Assembly (NCBI GenBank): GCA_043228905.1
Contig: JBHGNT010000004.1
Span: 17,546,001 to 17,610,000 of the forward strand
DNA from: Azolla caroliniana
Lineage: Eukaryota; Plantae; Polypodiophyta
DNA: 64,000 nt
Reading direction: 5' to 3'
Shown here: in pieces, positions 38,901 to 50,314 of the stretch
How the letters are laid out: each line of letters starts with the position of its first letter
How positions within the stretch are numbered: the first letter of the stretch is position 1
Program-made: the position numbers and the translations under genes
Notes under the pieces: generated by a model
The model's input: only the letters and a program-made list of their open reading frames with translations
Told to the model about the DNA's origin: nothing
The model's database searches: none

Positions 38901-40188
38901 TGTCGCGAAAATACGACGAGGATATGTGAACTTTGAGGCAGGAACCCGGGGCCTCCGACCGGAAGATATCAGATTCGTATGATTATATTAAACAATTAAT
39001 ACAAAATGATAAAGATTCACAAATTTCATTAATAAAGGGAAAGAAAGATTACAATTAATCCCAAGATTGGGATTACAAAAATTTGCTAATGGAGATGACT
39101 AGAGTAATAGATTAGAAGAAATGAAATATGGATTTAATTAGAATATTAGGGTTTTTAGCTTCAATTCGAAAATTAGGGTTTTTGAGTTATATGGCTTTGA
39201 TTAGGAAATTAGGGTTTATGACTTCCGTAAGGAAATTTAGGGTTCTTGGCTTCGATAAGATAAGAGAGCTCCGAAGGAAAAGAAGAACCATATAATATGG
39301 AGAGAGCATCTCAGTATAGGAAAAAAAAATGGAATTATATATGGAGTTCCTCGTTGATCATATGCCTCCACTTTTTGTTGCATGGCCTCTACTTTTAGTT
39401 GCATAGCTTTTCTTTTCGTTGAATCTATTTTTAGTTGCATGGCTTTTTCTTTAGTTGCATGCGACCGTCCACTTGACCTTTACTTTAGTCTCTTTTACCT
39501 TTCTTTAAATCGCCACATGATCCTTTTATCCGTTCGATTTGCGTCCAACCTCGTACGGTCGCCGGTTCCGCCCGATCGCCGAATCCCTCGCCGGCCGGTT
39601 CCAGTTCCGGTTTTGCTTGCCGGCCGGTTCCGGTTTCGCTTACCGGTCAGTTTCTGGTTTGCATACCGGTTCCGGTTCCGGTTTTGCTTACCAGTCGGTT
39701 CCGATTTTGCTTGCCAACCAGTTCCAATTTGTTTGCCGGTTCCGGTTCCAATTTTGCTTGCCGATTCTGGTTTTGGTTTTGCATACCGAGCGGTTTCCGG
39801 ATTTGCTTACCAGACCCGTTTTCCGGATTTGCTTACCGGCCGATTTCCGGATTTGATTACCGGCCGGTTTCCGGATTTGATTACCGGCCACCATCATCCA
39901 TCAAGACAAAGTGGCCAAAGTGCTCTTAGAACAAATGAAAAATGAGGGAGCTCAAGGTGCTTATATAGCCAGGGCCTTAAGTTTCCTATCTATGTGGGAT
40001 AGTTCTAATTTCTCTATCTTCTCAAACTTTATTTTCACATAACTTGATATGTATTTCTCCATTTTGTATATAGTAAAATACATTTTAAAGCTCTTGAGTA
40101 TATCCATCTTTCTATAGTAAGCTACTAATCTAATTTATAATAATTATTTCATTATTTTTTTACATAGTGTGTGAAGATTCACACGACA
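38901..40188 (-). mobile_element. Solo LTR D (TGTCG...CGACA Gypsy lineage) in the Copia A integrase, with an internal CCGGTT tandem array
   Basis: Inverted termini and 4-bp TSD CCGG; removal restores host 'MNRCTTSG'; the reverse complement of its right end resembles the start of the LTR at 42882; repeat array at 39560-39890. Confidence 0.85.
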
Positions 40189-42985
40189 CCGGTGTACAAC
40201 ATCTGGTGTGCATGAGGTTACCCCGCACGAGAAGTTTTACAAAAAGAAGCCGAACCTATCACATGTTCAGATATTCGGCTCCATCGCTTATGTGCACATC
40301 CCCGACGAGAAGCAACAAAAGCTCGATCCGAAGTCGAAGAAATGTATCCTCGTGGGGTACTCACTTGAACAAAAGGGATACAAATGTTACAACCCATCTA
40401 CCCGAAAAGCTCCAGTAAGTCAAGACATTGTCTTTGACGAGTCGACATCCTGGTACGAACTAGATACGACTCTGATTTCGATCCCAATCGACCCGAAATC
40501 GACCGAACAAGAGACAAAAGAAGAAGATCAACTCAGGCGCATGTTCGAAGAAAGTCCGATCACGACTCGACTGAGTGGACCACAAGAGCCGCCGAGCGAT
40601 CGAAGGACATCTCAATTGAGTTCAAACCTGGATAAAGGGTAGGCCAAAATGCCAGAATACGAAGAAATGATCAAAATTGAGTCAACTCACTCTCTTGACA
40701 GTGAGTTCGAAGGCCTTGACACCCCGATCATCCAGAAAAATGGAGCAAAGAAAGCCATAGCCTCTGCAAAGGAGAAGCCACCTGTGAAGTTACGATGAGT
40801 ATATGGTGTATCATTACGCCTTAATGATGAAGGTAGCAACAGTCCAGAATCGGAAACATTTTCCGAAGCTATGAAGGACCTACGATAGGTTGTTCCGATG
40901 AATGAAGAAATGTAGGTCTTGTGCGAAAACGAGACATGGGGTCTTGTCCCCCATTCACCTCACAGGAAAGAGATTGGTTGTAGTGGATCTATAAGGTCAA
41001 ATACAATGTTGATGACTCAGTAAATTGCTTCAAATTACGACTCGTAGAGAAGGGATACAGTCAGATACACGGGGTCGATTACGAGGAAACCTTTGCCCTA
41101 GTGGCAAAGATGAAGACTGTTTGGACAGTCATTGCACTTGCAGCAGCAACAGGGTAGCACCTCCACCAAATGGATGTCAAGAATGCCTTTCTTCAAGGTG
41201 AATTGGAAGAGGAGGTGTAATATATGGTACAACCACCTGGCTTCAAATTACGTACTCATCTGGAAGCCGTGTGCTGACTCCAGAAGCCGATCTACGGCCT
41301 CAAGCAAGCACCGCGTGCTTGGCATTCGAGGATGACTCAGTATCTTCACCAAATTGGCTTTCAAATGTTGAAATCGGACAACTCCCTATACATCTGAAAC
41401 GGGTCGAATAACCCGATTCTCATCATCCTGTGTTTGGATGATCTAGTCATTGGAGGAAAGGATCTCACCGAGATTAATAAGGTAAAATCACTCCTATTCG
41501 GAAGATTCGAAATGAAAGATATGCACGAGCTCCATTACTTCCTTGGTATTGAAGTAATTCGGACACTAGTCAGGATATTGATCCCTCAATGGCGGTATGT
41601 TCTCAACTTACTCTACAAGTTCAGAATGACCATGTCCAAACCTGTGTCTACCCCTCTCGATCGAAACCTCAAGCTCGATGTCGATTCAGGCACAGTCGAA
41701 TGCGATCCGACTTAGTATCGAAAACTGATCCACAACCTAATCTATTTAATCATCACACGACCCGACCTTAGCTATTCAGTTGGCCTACTTAGCCAATTCA
41801 TGCAACACCCACGAAATGATCATCTTGTTGGCTCTAACACGATACTTAGGTATGTGAATACGACGATGGATTACGACTTTATGTATACGTCGAATACGCT
41901 TATTCGACTCGAAGGATACACAGACATGGACTGAGTATATGCTATAAAGCTGATCGATGATCGACGTCAGGTTTTGTCTTCTTCCTCGGCAACGGAGGGA
42001 TCTCTTGGAGCAGTAAGAAGCAATCGACAGTTGCATTGTCAAGCACAAAAGCTGAATACAGGAGCACAATAGTCGCATCATGCGAAGCCGTATGGCTCAA
42101 GTGTATCTTGAAGGATCTGGGCGCAACCATCAAGGATCCAATTCGCCTATACTACGACAACATGAGCAATATCTGAAGAGAATAGCGTGGAATATTTCTA
42201 GGCAACAACCAAGTCTTGAATCACTTCAATGAGAATCAAACACAAAAATGGGAAGTAGGGAGTGAACGCATGTACACACACTAACAACGATAGAGGATAC
42301 ACAAGATGTTTACGTGGAAAACCCTAATAGGGAAAAACCACGGGAGCCCACAGACTCCAAACTATCACTATATAAGAAAGGTACAAACATAGACTCGGAG
42401 GCATTGACCTTGAGCTCTATATCTTCGCCAACTGACGGTTACAACAGAGTGTCGCTCTGTATCGCTCTCTCTCTCTATACAACAGTTATGCACATACAAC
42501 AATATGACAACAACAACCACATTGAGTGATTGCCCTAAGTCATATTTATACTTATATGAACTTAGGGCTATTTACAAATATAGCCTCAATAGGCTTACTC
42601 AAAACATATTTACAAATATGTCTTCTCTTCCGGTTCTCACCGGGTCCATTAGATCCGGTTTCCCAACAATCTCCCCCTTCACTCCGACATGGGATGTCTC
42701 GCCAGACCGATCCGCTTTCGGCATGCGTCCAACTTGTCGGTTGTCAACACCTTGGTCAGCATATCAGACTCGTTCTCCTCCGTGTGGATCTTCATCAACA
42801 CGAACTCTTGATCTTCTACTCTCTCCCGGATCCAGTGGTACCTCCGCTGGATGTGTTTCGTCTGAGAATGATAGGCCGCATTGTCGTAGTGTATTTCGTA
42901 CACTACGTGAAAAACTTATAAAGTACCAATTTAATAAATATGAATAAATAGTAGAAAATATTAAAATATGTATAACATGCATAAG

Positions 42986-43042
42986 GCAAGATTCAAACCT
43001 TGCACCTCCATGTTAATAATGTAATGTCTTACCATTACACTA
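42986..43042 (-). promoter_or_regulatory. tRNA-like A/B-box module in the 5' LTR of element F
   Basis: TAGTGTAATGG ... GGTTTGAATC, spacing 44 nt, D-stem GTGT/ACAT. Confidence 0.55.
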
Positions 43043-45502
43043 GCATTTCATTCATGTTAAAAAGTAGATGTCCCACATAAAAAAGGTAAGTTCACGTAGG
43101 ATAAACTTTAGTTAAAAGAAAAACGCATGCTAAAAGAAAAAGCTACGCATGCACATCTAGCGTGCATGAACGCTATAGTTGATAAAAAACGCACAAGTTA
43201 GAAAAAACATAATCACTTTAGATAAAGCATATAGTCTATCTATAGGAAAAGCATGGAGTCTATAGTTAGAGAAAAAAAAAAAGCATGGATTCCTAAGACT
43301 CCCTCATCACTACATAAGGATGGGGAGCACAATGTAATAGGAATGAAAAATATTTAGGAAATTGGATATATTTCCTAAAACACCAATTAATATAATCGTG
43401 GGATTCACAAAGTTTTATATAATCTATCTCTTTCAATCTAAATTCATATTCTTACATAAATATTGATTAATGTAGTACTTGTGGAATTCACAAGGTTTGA
43501 TCTCTTTTCTATTTCTACTCTAAACTATTCTAAACTATTTCAATTTATTACTATGATTAAGACAAACTAAAACAAATCTACTTGTGGGATTCACAAGCTT
43601 CTAATAATCTATACATAATTAAAATCGCCTCAAATTCTTCCTCTTCCTAGTCCATAACCCTGGTGGTTCCCACCCGACTCACGCAACGATCCGGAGCCAA
43701 AAGGCAAGACACAAGTGGTGAACCCGACGTGAAGGCGGGTGGTAAGGAGATGGAGAATCAACAAGAAGCGATGAATATGATGATGATGATGATTATTAAG
43801 TGGATGCAAGAAGAGCAACGCACAATGTCGGAGATGAAATCGGCAGTAGCGCGGCTTGTGCAAAGAAACAGGGAATTCGACGGAAAGGATGTGTCACGCT
43901 ATCTATGTGAATACAAGGCCGAGACGATGCGATGTGGGATACCGGAAGGATTGCAAGTGACATCCTTCAATCGAGTAGTCACAGATGAGTTACAAGAGAG
44001 AATCCAAAAAATAGGGCAACAAAACCTGACATGGGAGTCCTTTGAAGAAGCTTTATGAGAGGCATATGATTTCAAGAGATCGAAGGGACAAGATCGGCGA
44101 GAATTTGACGAATGGGTGGCATCGGAGAAGACCCACCGAAGTGCAACACAAGCATTCCTATGCGAATGATGTGTCACGCTATCTATGCGAATACAAGGCC
44201 GAGATGATGCGATGTGGGATACCGGAAGGATTGCAAGTGACATCCTTCAATCGAGTAGTCACAGATGAGTTACAGGAGAGAATCCACAAAATAGGGCAAC
44301 AAAACCTAACATGGGAGTCCTTTGAAGAAGCTTTATGAGATGCATATGATTTCAAGAGATCGAAGGGACAAGATCAGCGAGAATTTGACGAATGGGTGGC
44401 ATCGGAGAAGACCCACCGAAGTGCAACACAAGTATTCCTAGAGTTCGAGCATCGTTTTGCTCGACTCTCGGAGTGGGAACAACGATTGGTGGGAGAGGAT
44501 AAAGTCCTAATGTTCGTAAAATCGATCGATCGAAAAGAAAGGATCGACATCGGGATCGAACTCGAAGACGATGACGATGCGAATGGTCTTACCGAAGATT
44601 GGGCTGAAGTCCAAAGGGTATGCCAGAGACATGATGAGAGGAAGATGAGAATCTTGTCAACGACATGGCCGATGAAGGATGGTCGATTGAAGACAAATGA
44701 TGGAGCCGATATGAAGGCTGAAATACAACATGATGGTGCGATGGAAGAGGGTGTAAAACAAGCTACCCTCTTGTCTTGCGAAAGAACGACGGCGAAGGAT
44801 AATGCATGTAGAGGACGGGTTAGTGATTGGCCAAAAACCTTACCCTATGCACTATGGGCTGATAGGACAACTCACAGCACTGTTACTGGATATATGCCTG
44901 CAGAATTAATCACAGGACAAAAGCCAATAATGCCAATTGAAGAAAAGATAACTACATGGGTTGTGTTGCCTTGGGAATTGGAAATGAGTAGGGAAGATTT
45001 ACTTGCGGTTCGAATACGACAACTTCAATCAAGGACAGAAGACATAGAAAAAGCAGCTACTAGATTGAAAGAGGCAAGAATCAAGAATAAGGACAGATTT
45101 GACAAGGTGAAAAGAATACGACCAAGAAAGGTGCAAGAGGGAGATTGGGTATTAGTATATGATAGTAGCCTAGATAATCAATACAATACTATTCAAAAGT
45201 TTGCAAAAAGATGGTTTGGACCTTATGAAGTTAGGAAAATAACAAATAAAGCCACATATTTCCTCAATGAATTAGATGGGACAGAAATTCGTATCCCAAT
45301 TGCAGGAAAAAGGATTAAGATATTTAAAAGGAGGGAGTCATTAGAGCCCGAATTTTATGAAGAAGTAGAAGAACTAAAAGAATCGGAAGAAATGTTGGAT
45401 GAACTCTGCACAACCAATGTGCAAGTTCAGAGGGGGTGGGTGTTGTGAAGAATGTGTTTCACGATATAAAAATGAGCTTAAATGTTATATTTAATAATAT
45501 TT

Positions 45503-45699
45503 GAGAGACTTGAACCCACATCCTTATATACGAAGTACAATGTACATACCACTAGGCTAGGCTATTTATTTGTAAAAGTGTGTAATAAATGTGCTTCATG
45601 ATATAAGAATGAAGCTATATATTGTATTAAGTAACATTGAGAGAGAGACTTGAACTCTCAACCTTGTATGCCAAACACAAAGTATACACCACTAAGCTA
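45503..45699 (-). promoter_or_regulatory. Two tandem tRNA-like modules (140-bp period) in the 3' LTR of element F
   Basis: TAGC(C/T)TAGTGG ... GTTCAAGTC, spacing 44 nt; anticodon-like 5-bp stems with 7-nt loops; T stems. Confidence 0.65.
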
Positions 45700-45972
45700 G
45701 GTTAGTTATTTTAGAATGCATTTTCATCATTATACTTATCCCATATCTATTTTCATACATGGGAGCTCAAGTGAGCATGATGGCTACCATGCATCACGTG
45801 CAATACATGTGCGCCAAATGGCGATCATGCATTACATGTAACTCATGCATTGCATGCATGCCATGCTCCCATACATTACCATATGCATGGCAACACTTAT
45901 ATAAAGAGGGGCAAGGAAAACAAGAAAGAATCAAGAGAGAGTGAGAAAATAAGACAATTAAGTAGAGAAGAC

Positions 45973-46027
45973 TAGCTCATTGGGTGGAGAACCTCTCGTT
46001 TCGAAGTTAAGGTCGTGGGTTCAAATC
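45973..46027 (+). promoter_or_regulatory. tRNA-like A/B-box module downstream of the TATA in the 3' LTR of element F
   Basis: TAGCTCATTGG ... GGTTCAAATC, spacing 46 nt. Confidence 0.5.
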
Positions 46028-46201
46028 AAGGGTCGGTATTGAAAAGATTCATCTTACGATCAAGGATTGTAAAGTTGGTAAAATATTATATTTTTAAAAT
46101 ATACATCATGTTTATATCATATACTCTTGTTTCTAGAATCATACTTTGTCTCAATCTTCTTTCTTGAATCATACATTGTCTCTATCTTTTATCTATGCTC
46201 G

Positions 46202-46246
<45 letters not shown>

Positions 46247-49200
46247 TTACTCGTAACTCTTCGTCTTACTATCCTTAACCATTCTATCATCACCATACAA
46301 GCCTTATTAAAAGTTAAGTTTCTTCAACTCCCCTTAACCTTAGTCCCCGCGACTTCGTCGCACGAACCACAACTACCCCGACACCAGTACCATTGCCGGG
46401 GGGATTGCTTCAATCTGTATAAGCTCTTCTACAGTCGGCACACTAGGTGCTCCTTCCCTTTCTTCTTAAATCCTTCCGGTTGACGCATGTAGATCTCTTC
46501 TTCGAGGTCACCATGTAGGAATACAATCTTGACGTCCAGTTGCTCTACCTCGAGGTCCATGCTTGCCGCTATGCCCAATACTGTCCGGATGGATGTTATC
46601 TTTACTATCGGAGCAAAGATCTCATCGAAGTCCACTCCTTTCTTCTGCTGGAACCCCTTCACCACGATCCATAATTTGTATCTCGGTGGGTTTCCGACAT
46701 CTCCTGGTTTTAACTTGTACACCCACTTGTTCCGGAGTGCCCTCTTTCCTTTCGGTAACTCCTTCAATTCATACGTGTGATTCTCATGCAGGGAATCCAT
46801 CTCGTCCTGCATGGCCCTCAACCACTTGCGACTATGGGTGTCTCTCTTTGCTTCTTCGAAGCCTTCTGGCTCCCCCTCATCGGTTAACAACACATGCTCT
46901 ACATCCGGAAATCTCTAGGGGGCTCTTCTCTCTCTAAGAGGATATCTCTGTTCCTGGTTTCAGACTACCGGTTCCTCCGTTTATTCCTCATCCCCATCCA
47001 ATTCGGGATCTTGTCCGTATCCGGTGTCTTCTTCTTCTTCTTCTTCGGTCGGTTTGGTTTCTTGTCCGTATCCGGCCGGTTCGTCGAGTGTCATCTGGTT
47101 ACCGGCTAACATCCGGTTTTCAACCGGGTAAATCTTGGTGTCCTCAAACCGGTTTTCATTGGATGATCCAGAGTTCGTCATCGTCTTCTCCAACTCCCAG
47201 TCGGCAATGGTCCTATCTTCCATGAAGACTATGTCCCGACTCCGGAACACCTTCTTATCGACCAGATCCCACACCCAGTAACCGAACTCATCATCACCGT
47301 ACCCAAGGAATATGCATGGCCGGGACTTCAGATCCAGCTTTTCTCTCTTGTCCTTCGCCACATGCACGTAAGCGAGACATCCGAACACCTTTACATGCCG
47401 GTAGGATACGTCCTTACCAGTCCATACTGTTTGCGGTGTCTCCATCCAAGGGTATTGAGGGTGATTTGTTTATCACATACGTCGCCGTCGTCAGCGCCTT
47501 AGCCCAAAACGTCTTGGGTAACTTGGCATGTGCCACCATGCTCCAGACTCTCTCCATCACAATTCAGTTCATCCGTTTGGCCAGCCCGTTCAATTCCGGC
47601 GGCTTCGGCACGGTGAATTTGAGCCGGATTCCCTTCGACCGGCAGTACTACTCAAATTGCCCTCGGTATTCTCCTCCGTTGTTCGATCGAACCGCCTTTA
47701 GCTTCCAACCGGTTTCTCTTTCCACTCTCGCGTGGAGTTCCTTGAAGACGGATAGCACCTGATCCTTTGTCTTCAGCGGTGAGACCCACAACTTTTGGAT
47801 GTGGTCGTCTATGAACGTCATGAAGTACTGTGATCCGGGATGTGACTTTGTGTCCACTTGACACACATCGGTATGCACCAACTCTAGTGGTGCATTCCGT
47901 CTCATCGGTGGTCTTGACCGGAAGGAGGTTTGGTTTTTCTTGCCAGCCAAGCAATCAGTGCACTTCTCAAGATGCACGTCTTTCACCTCCGGAATGAGTT
48001 GTCTTCAGCAAGTCTTCTCATCCTCTTCTGGCTCATGTGACATAGTCTTCTGTGCCACAGCTCACTGGCAGTGTCGGATGCTACGTTCACTTCTTATCGG
48101 CATATCTGGGCATGCATCAAGTATAGTGTGTTGACCTTCCGGGCTCAAGCCACTATTAGGCTCCCTTTGTTGAACTTCATAACTCCATTCTGGATGCTAC
48201 CCGTGTAGCCTTCATCATCTAGCCGACCAACTGATATCAGGTTTAGTCGAACCTCCGGAACGTGTTGAACATCCTTCAGTAGTAACTTGCATCCGGTTGA
48301 TGTTGTCAACAACCCATCTCCTATGCCGACAATTCGGCAAGTCCCTTCATTCCCCATCCGGACAAAACCGTGATCTCCGGTTGTGTAGGATGAGAAGCAT
48401 CGCCAGTCCGGTGTCAGGTGGAACGATGCTCCGGATTCAACAACCCACGTTGTCTTGTCGCAGACAAGGTTTAATGAGCATCAGTTCTTCTTCACTTGTC
48501 GCGATTGCCGACGTTCCCTTCCGATCTGGGCCTCTCCAGTCCGAACCGTTTCGGTCCGAACTCTTCTTCGAATTGGGAGTGCCGGTTTCTTTCTCTTTCT
48601 GGAAGTGCCCCGGCTTCCCACAATAGAAGCAAGTAGACCTCCCCCTTGACTTCGACCTTGTCCCCGATTTGTCCCAGTTTTGGGGACTTTGATACCAGCC
48701 TCTTCCCTGGTTGTGGTCATCTTCCATGACCAAGGCTTTCGGATTGGTTCCGGACTCCTAGTCCTTCCGGTGAGCTTCTTCATCTAGCAAGATTGATTTT
48801 ACCCTTGCTAGGGACAATTGTTTTCCTTCCGGCCCGGCGTTGCCCAACGTGACAACTAGCGTCTCCCAACTATCCGAGAGGGAACCGAGCATGAGTAATG
48901 TGAGTACCTCATCGGCGAGAGGTACTTCCAACGAGGTTGCTTGATGTATCAGCCCCTAGAAGGCATTCATGTGCTCCGCCATACTGGAGTCGTCCTGGTA
49001 CCGGAGCCTCACTAGCTTCCGGAATACCGAAACCTGATTAACGGCATTCTTGTTCTGGAACATGATGCCGATCTTATCCAAGAGTTCATGAGCCTTGCTC
49101 TCTTCGTTGAAGTTGTTTTATAGGCTCATGTCGATGAAGCACCGGATGTATGTCGTCATCTTCATGTGGTGTCGATCTTATCCAGTCTCTTGTCCCCAAA

Positions 49201-49609
49201 TTGAACCAGCAACCAAAGATCTTTAACCACCAGCATATCCCTCATCTTCGACTTCCACACTGAGTAGTTGGAGCCAGTGAGCTTGAACATGCCGTTGAAC
49301 CATTCTTCCATTTCCTGTGTTGTTCGCTCTTATACCAAATTGAAGAGAATAGCGCGGAATATTGCTCGGCCACAACCAAGTCTTGAATCACTTCGATGAG
49401 AATCAAACACAGAAATGGGAAGTAGGGAGTGAACGCACGTACACACACTAACAACGATAGAGGATACACATGATGTTTACGTGGAAAACCCGAATAGGGA
49501 AAAACCACGGGAGCCCACAGACTCCAATCTATCACTATATAAGAAAGGTACAAACAGAGACTCGGAGGCAATGACCTCGAGCTCTGTATCTTTGCCAACC
49601 GGCGGTTAC

Positions 49610-50244
49610 TGCTGGGAATATGTCCCTCGGCCTCCAGTGGAAGGAAGAGCCAACTGTTCGAAAAGCCGGTAGTCGAAGAGTCGAAAACAGTGAGTCGACT
49701 CTTTGAGAATTCAACTATTATTATTATGGTAATAATAATGATGATGTTAGGAAACAGGTCTCTCCAGATGGGGAGAGAGAGGAGCCGAGTTGATGAGGGA
49801 CTCGGTCGAGGCTGAAACCGGAATCGTGTATATAGCCAACTCGGGAGACTATATTTGTAAATAGTCTGAAAGTTGCGTAAGTATATATGCAACTAGGGCA
49901 AACTTTAGTTTGTGTGACGAACAGTGTTAGATCTGTAGTGTGTAGGAGAGCGAGAGAGAGAGTGTGTGTGTGTGATCCACGCCATAGTTGTGTGAGTAAC
50001 AGCAGACGCGAAGAGCCCTGTGCGGCTGATACACTCGACAGAGTGTTGTATTCCTCTCGGTGTTGTATATCCACTTTGTATAGTGAAGATTCTGTTCACC
50101 CGTGGTTTTTCCCGTTTTAGGGTTTCCACGTAAATCTCTGTGTATATCCGTTTATCTTGTCTTTTCTGGTGTATTCTTGTGATTCGTATTTTAGCGCGCA
50201 GTGTTTGTTCATTGTGATTTATATTCCGCAACGATTTCTCAACA
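49610..50244 (+). mobile_element. Solo Copia-type LTR G inserted antisense in the 5' LTR of Copia E
   Basis: TG...CA ends, perfect TSD GTTAC, absent from the sister LTR 42174-42668. Confidence 0.9.
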
Positions 50245-50266
50245 GTTACAATGGAGTATCGCTCTG

Positions 50267-50314
<48 letters not shown>

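Larger units (their letters stand above)
42882..46383 (+). mobile_element. Chimeric Gypsy F (5' LTR and gag of one copy joined to the integrase end and 3' LTR of another) inside Copia E
   Basis: 5' LTR 42882-43711; PBS TGGTGAACCCGACGTGA 43716-43732; gag 'FDGKDVSRYL'; integrase tail 'WADRTTHS..WFGPY'; PPT agagggggtggg; dissimilar 3' LTR 45441-46383 (TGTTGTG...CCGACA); flanks do not match. Confidence 0.85.

Noticed and set aside
39382-39945. 187-aa Pro/Arg/Phe-rich ORF
   Set aside because: Produced by the CCGGTT tandem array inside solo LTR D
45503-46027. Functional tRNA genes (Arg-UCG, Pro-UGG)
   Set aside because: No acceptor stem, poor D stems and a non-purine at position 37; kept only as tRNA-like modules
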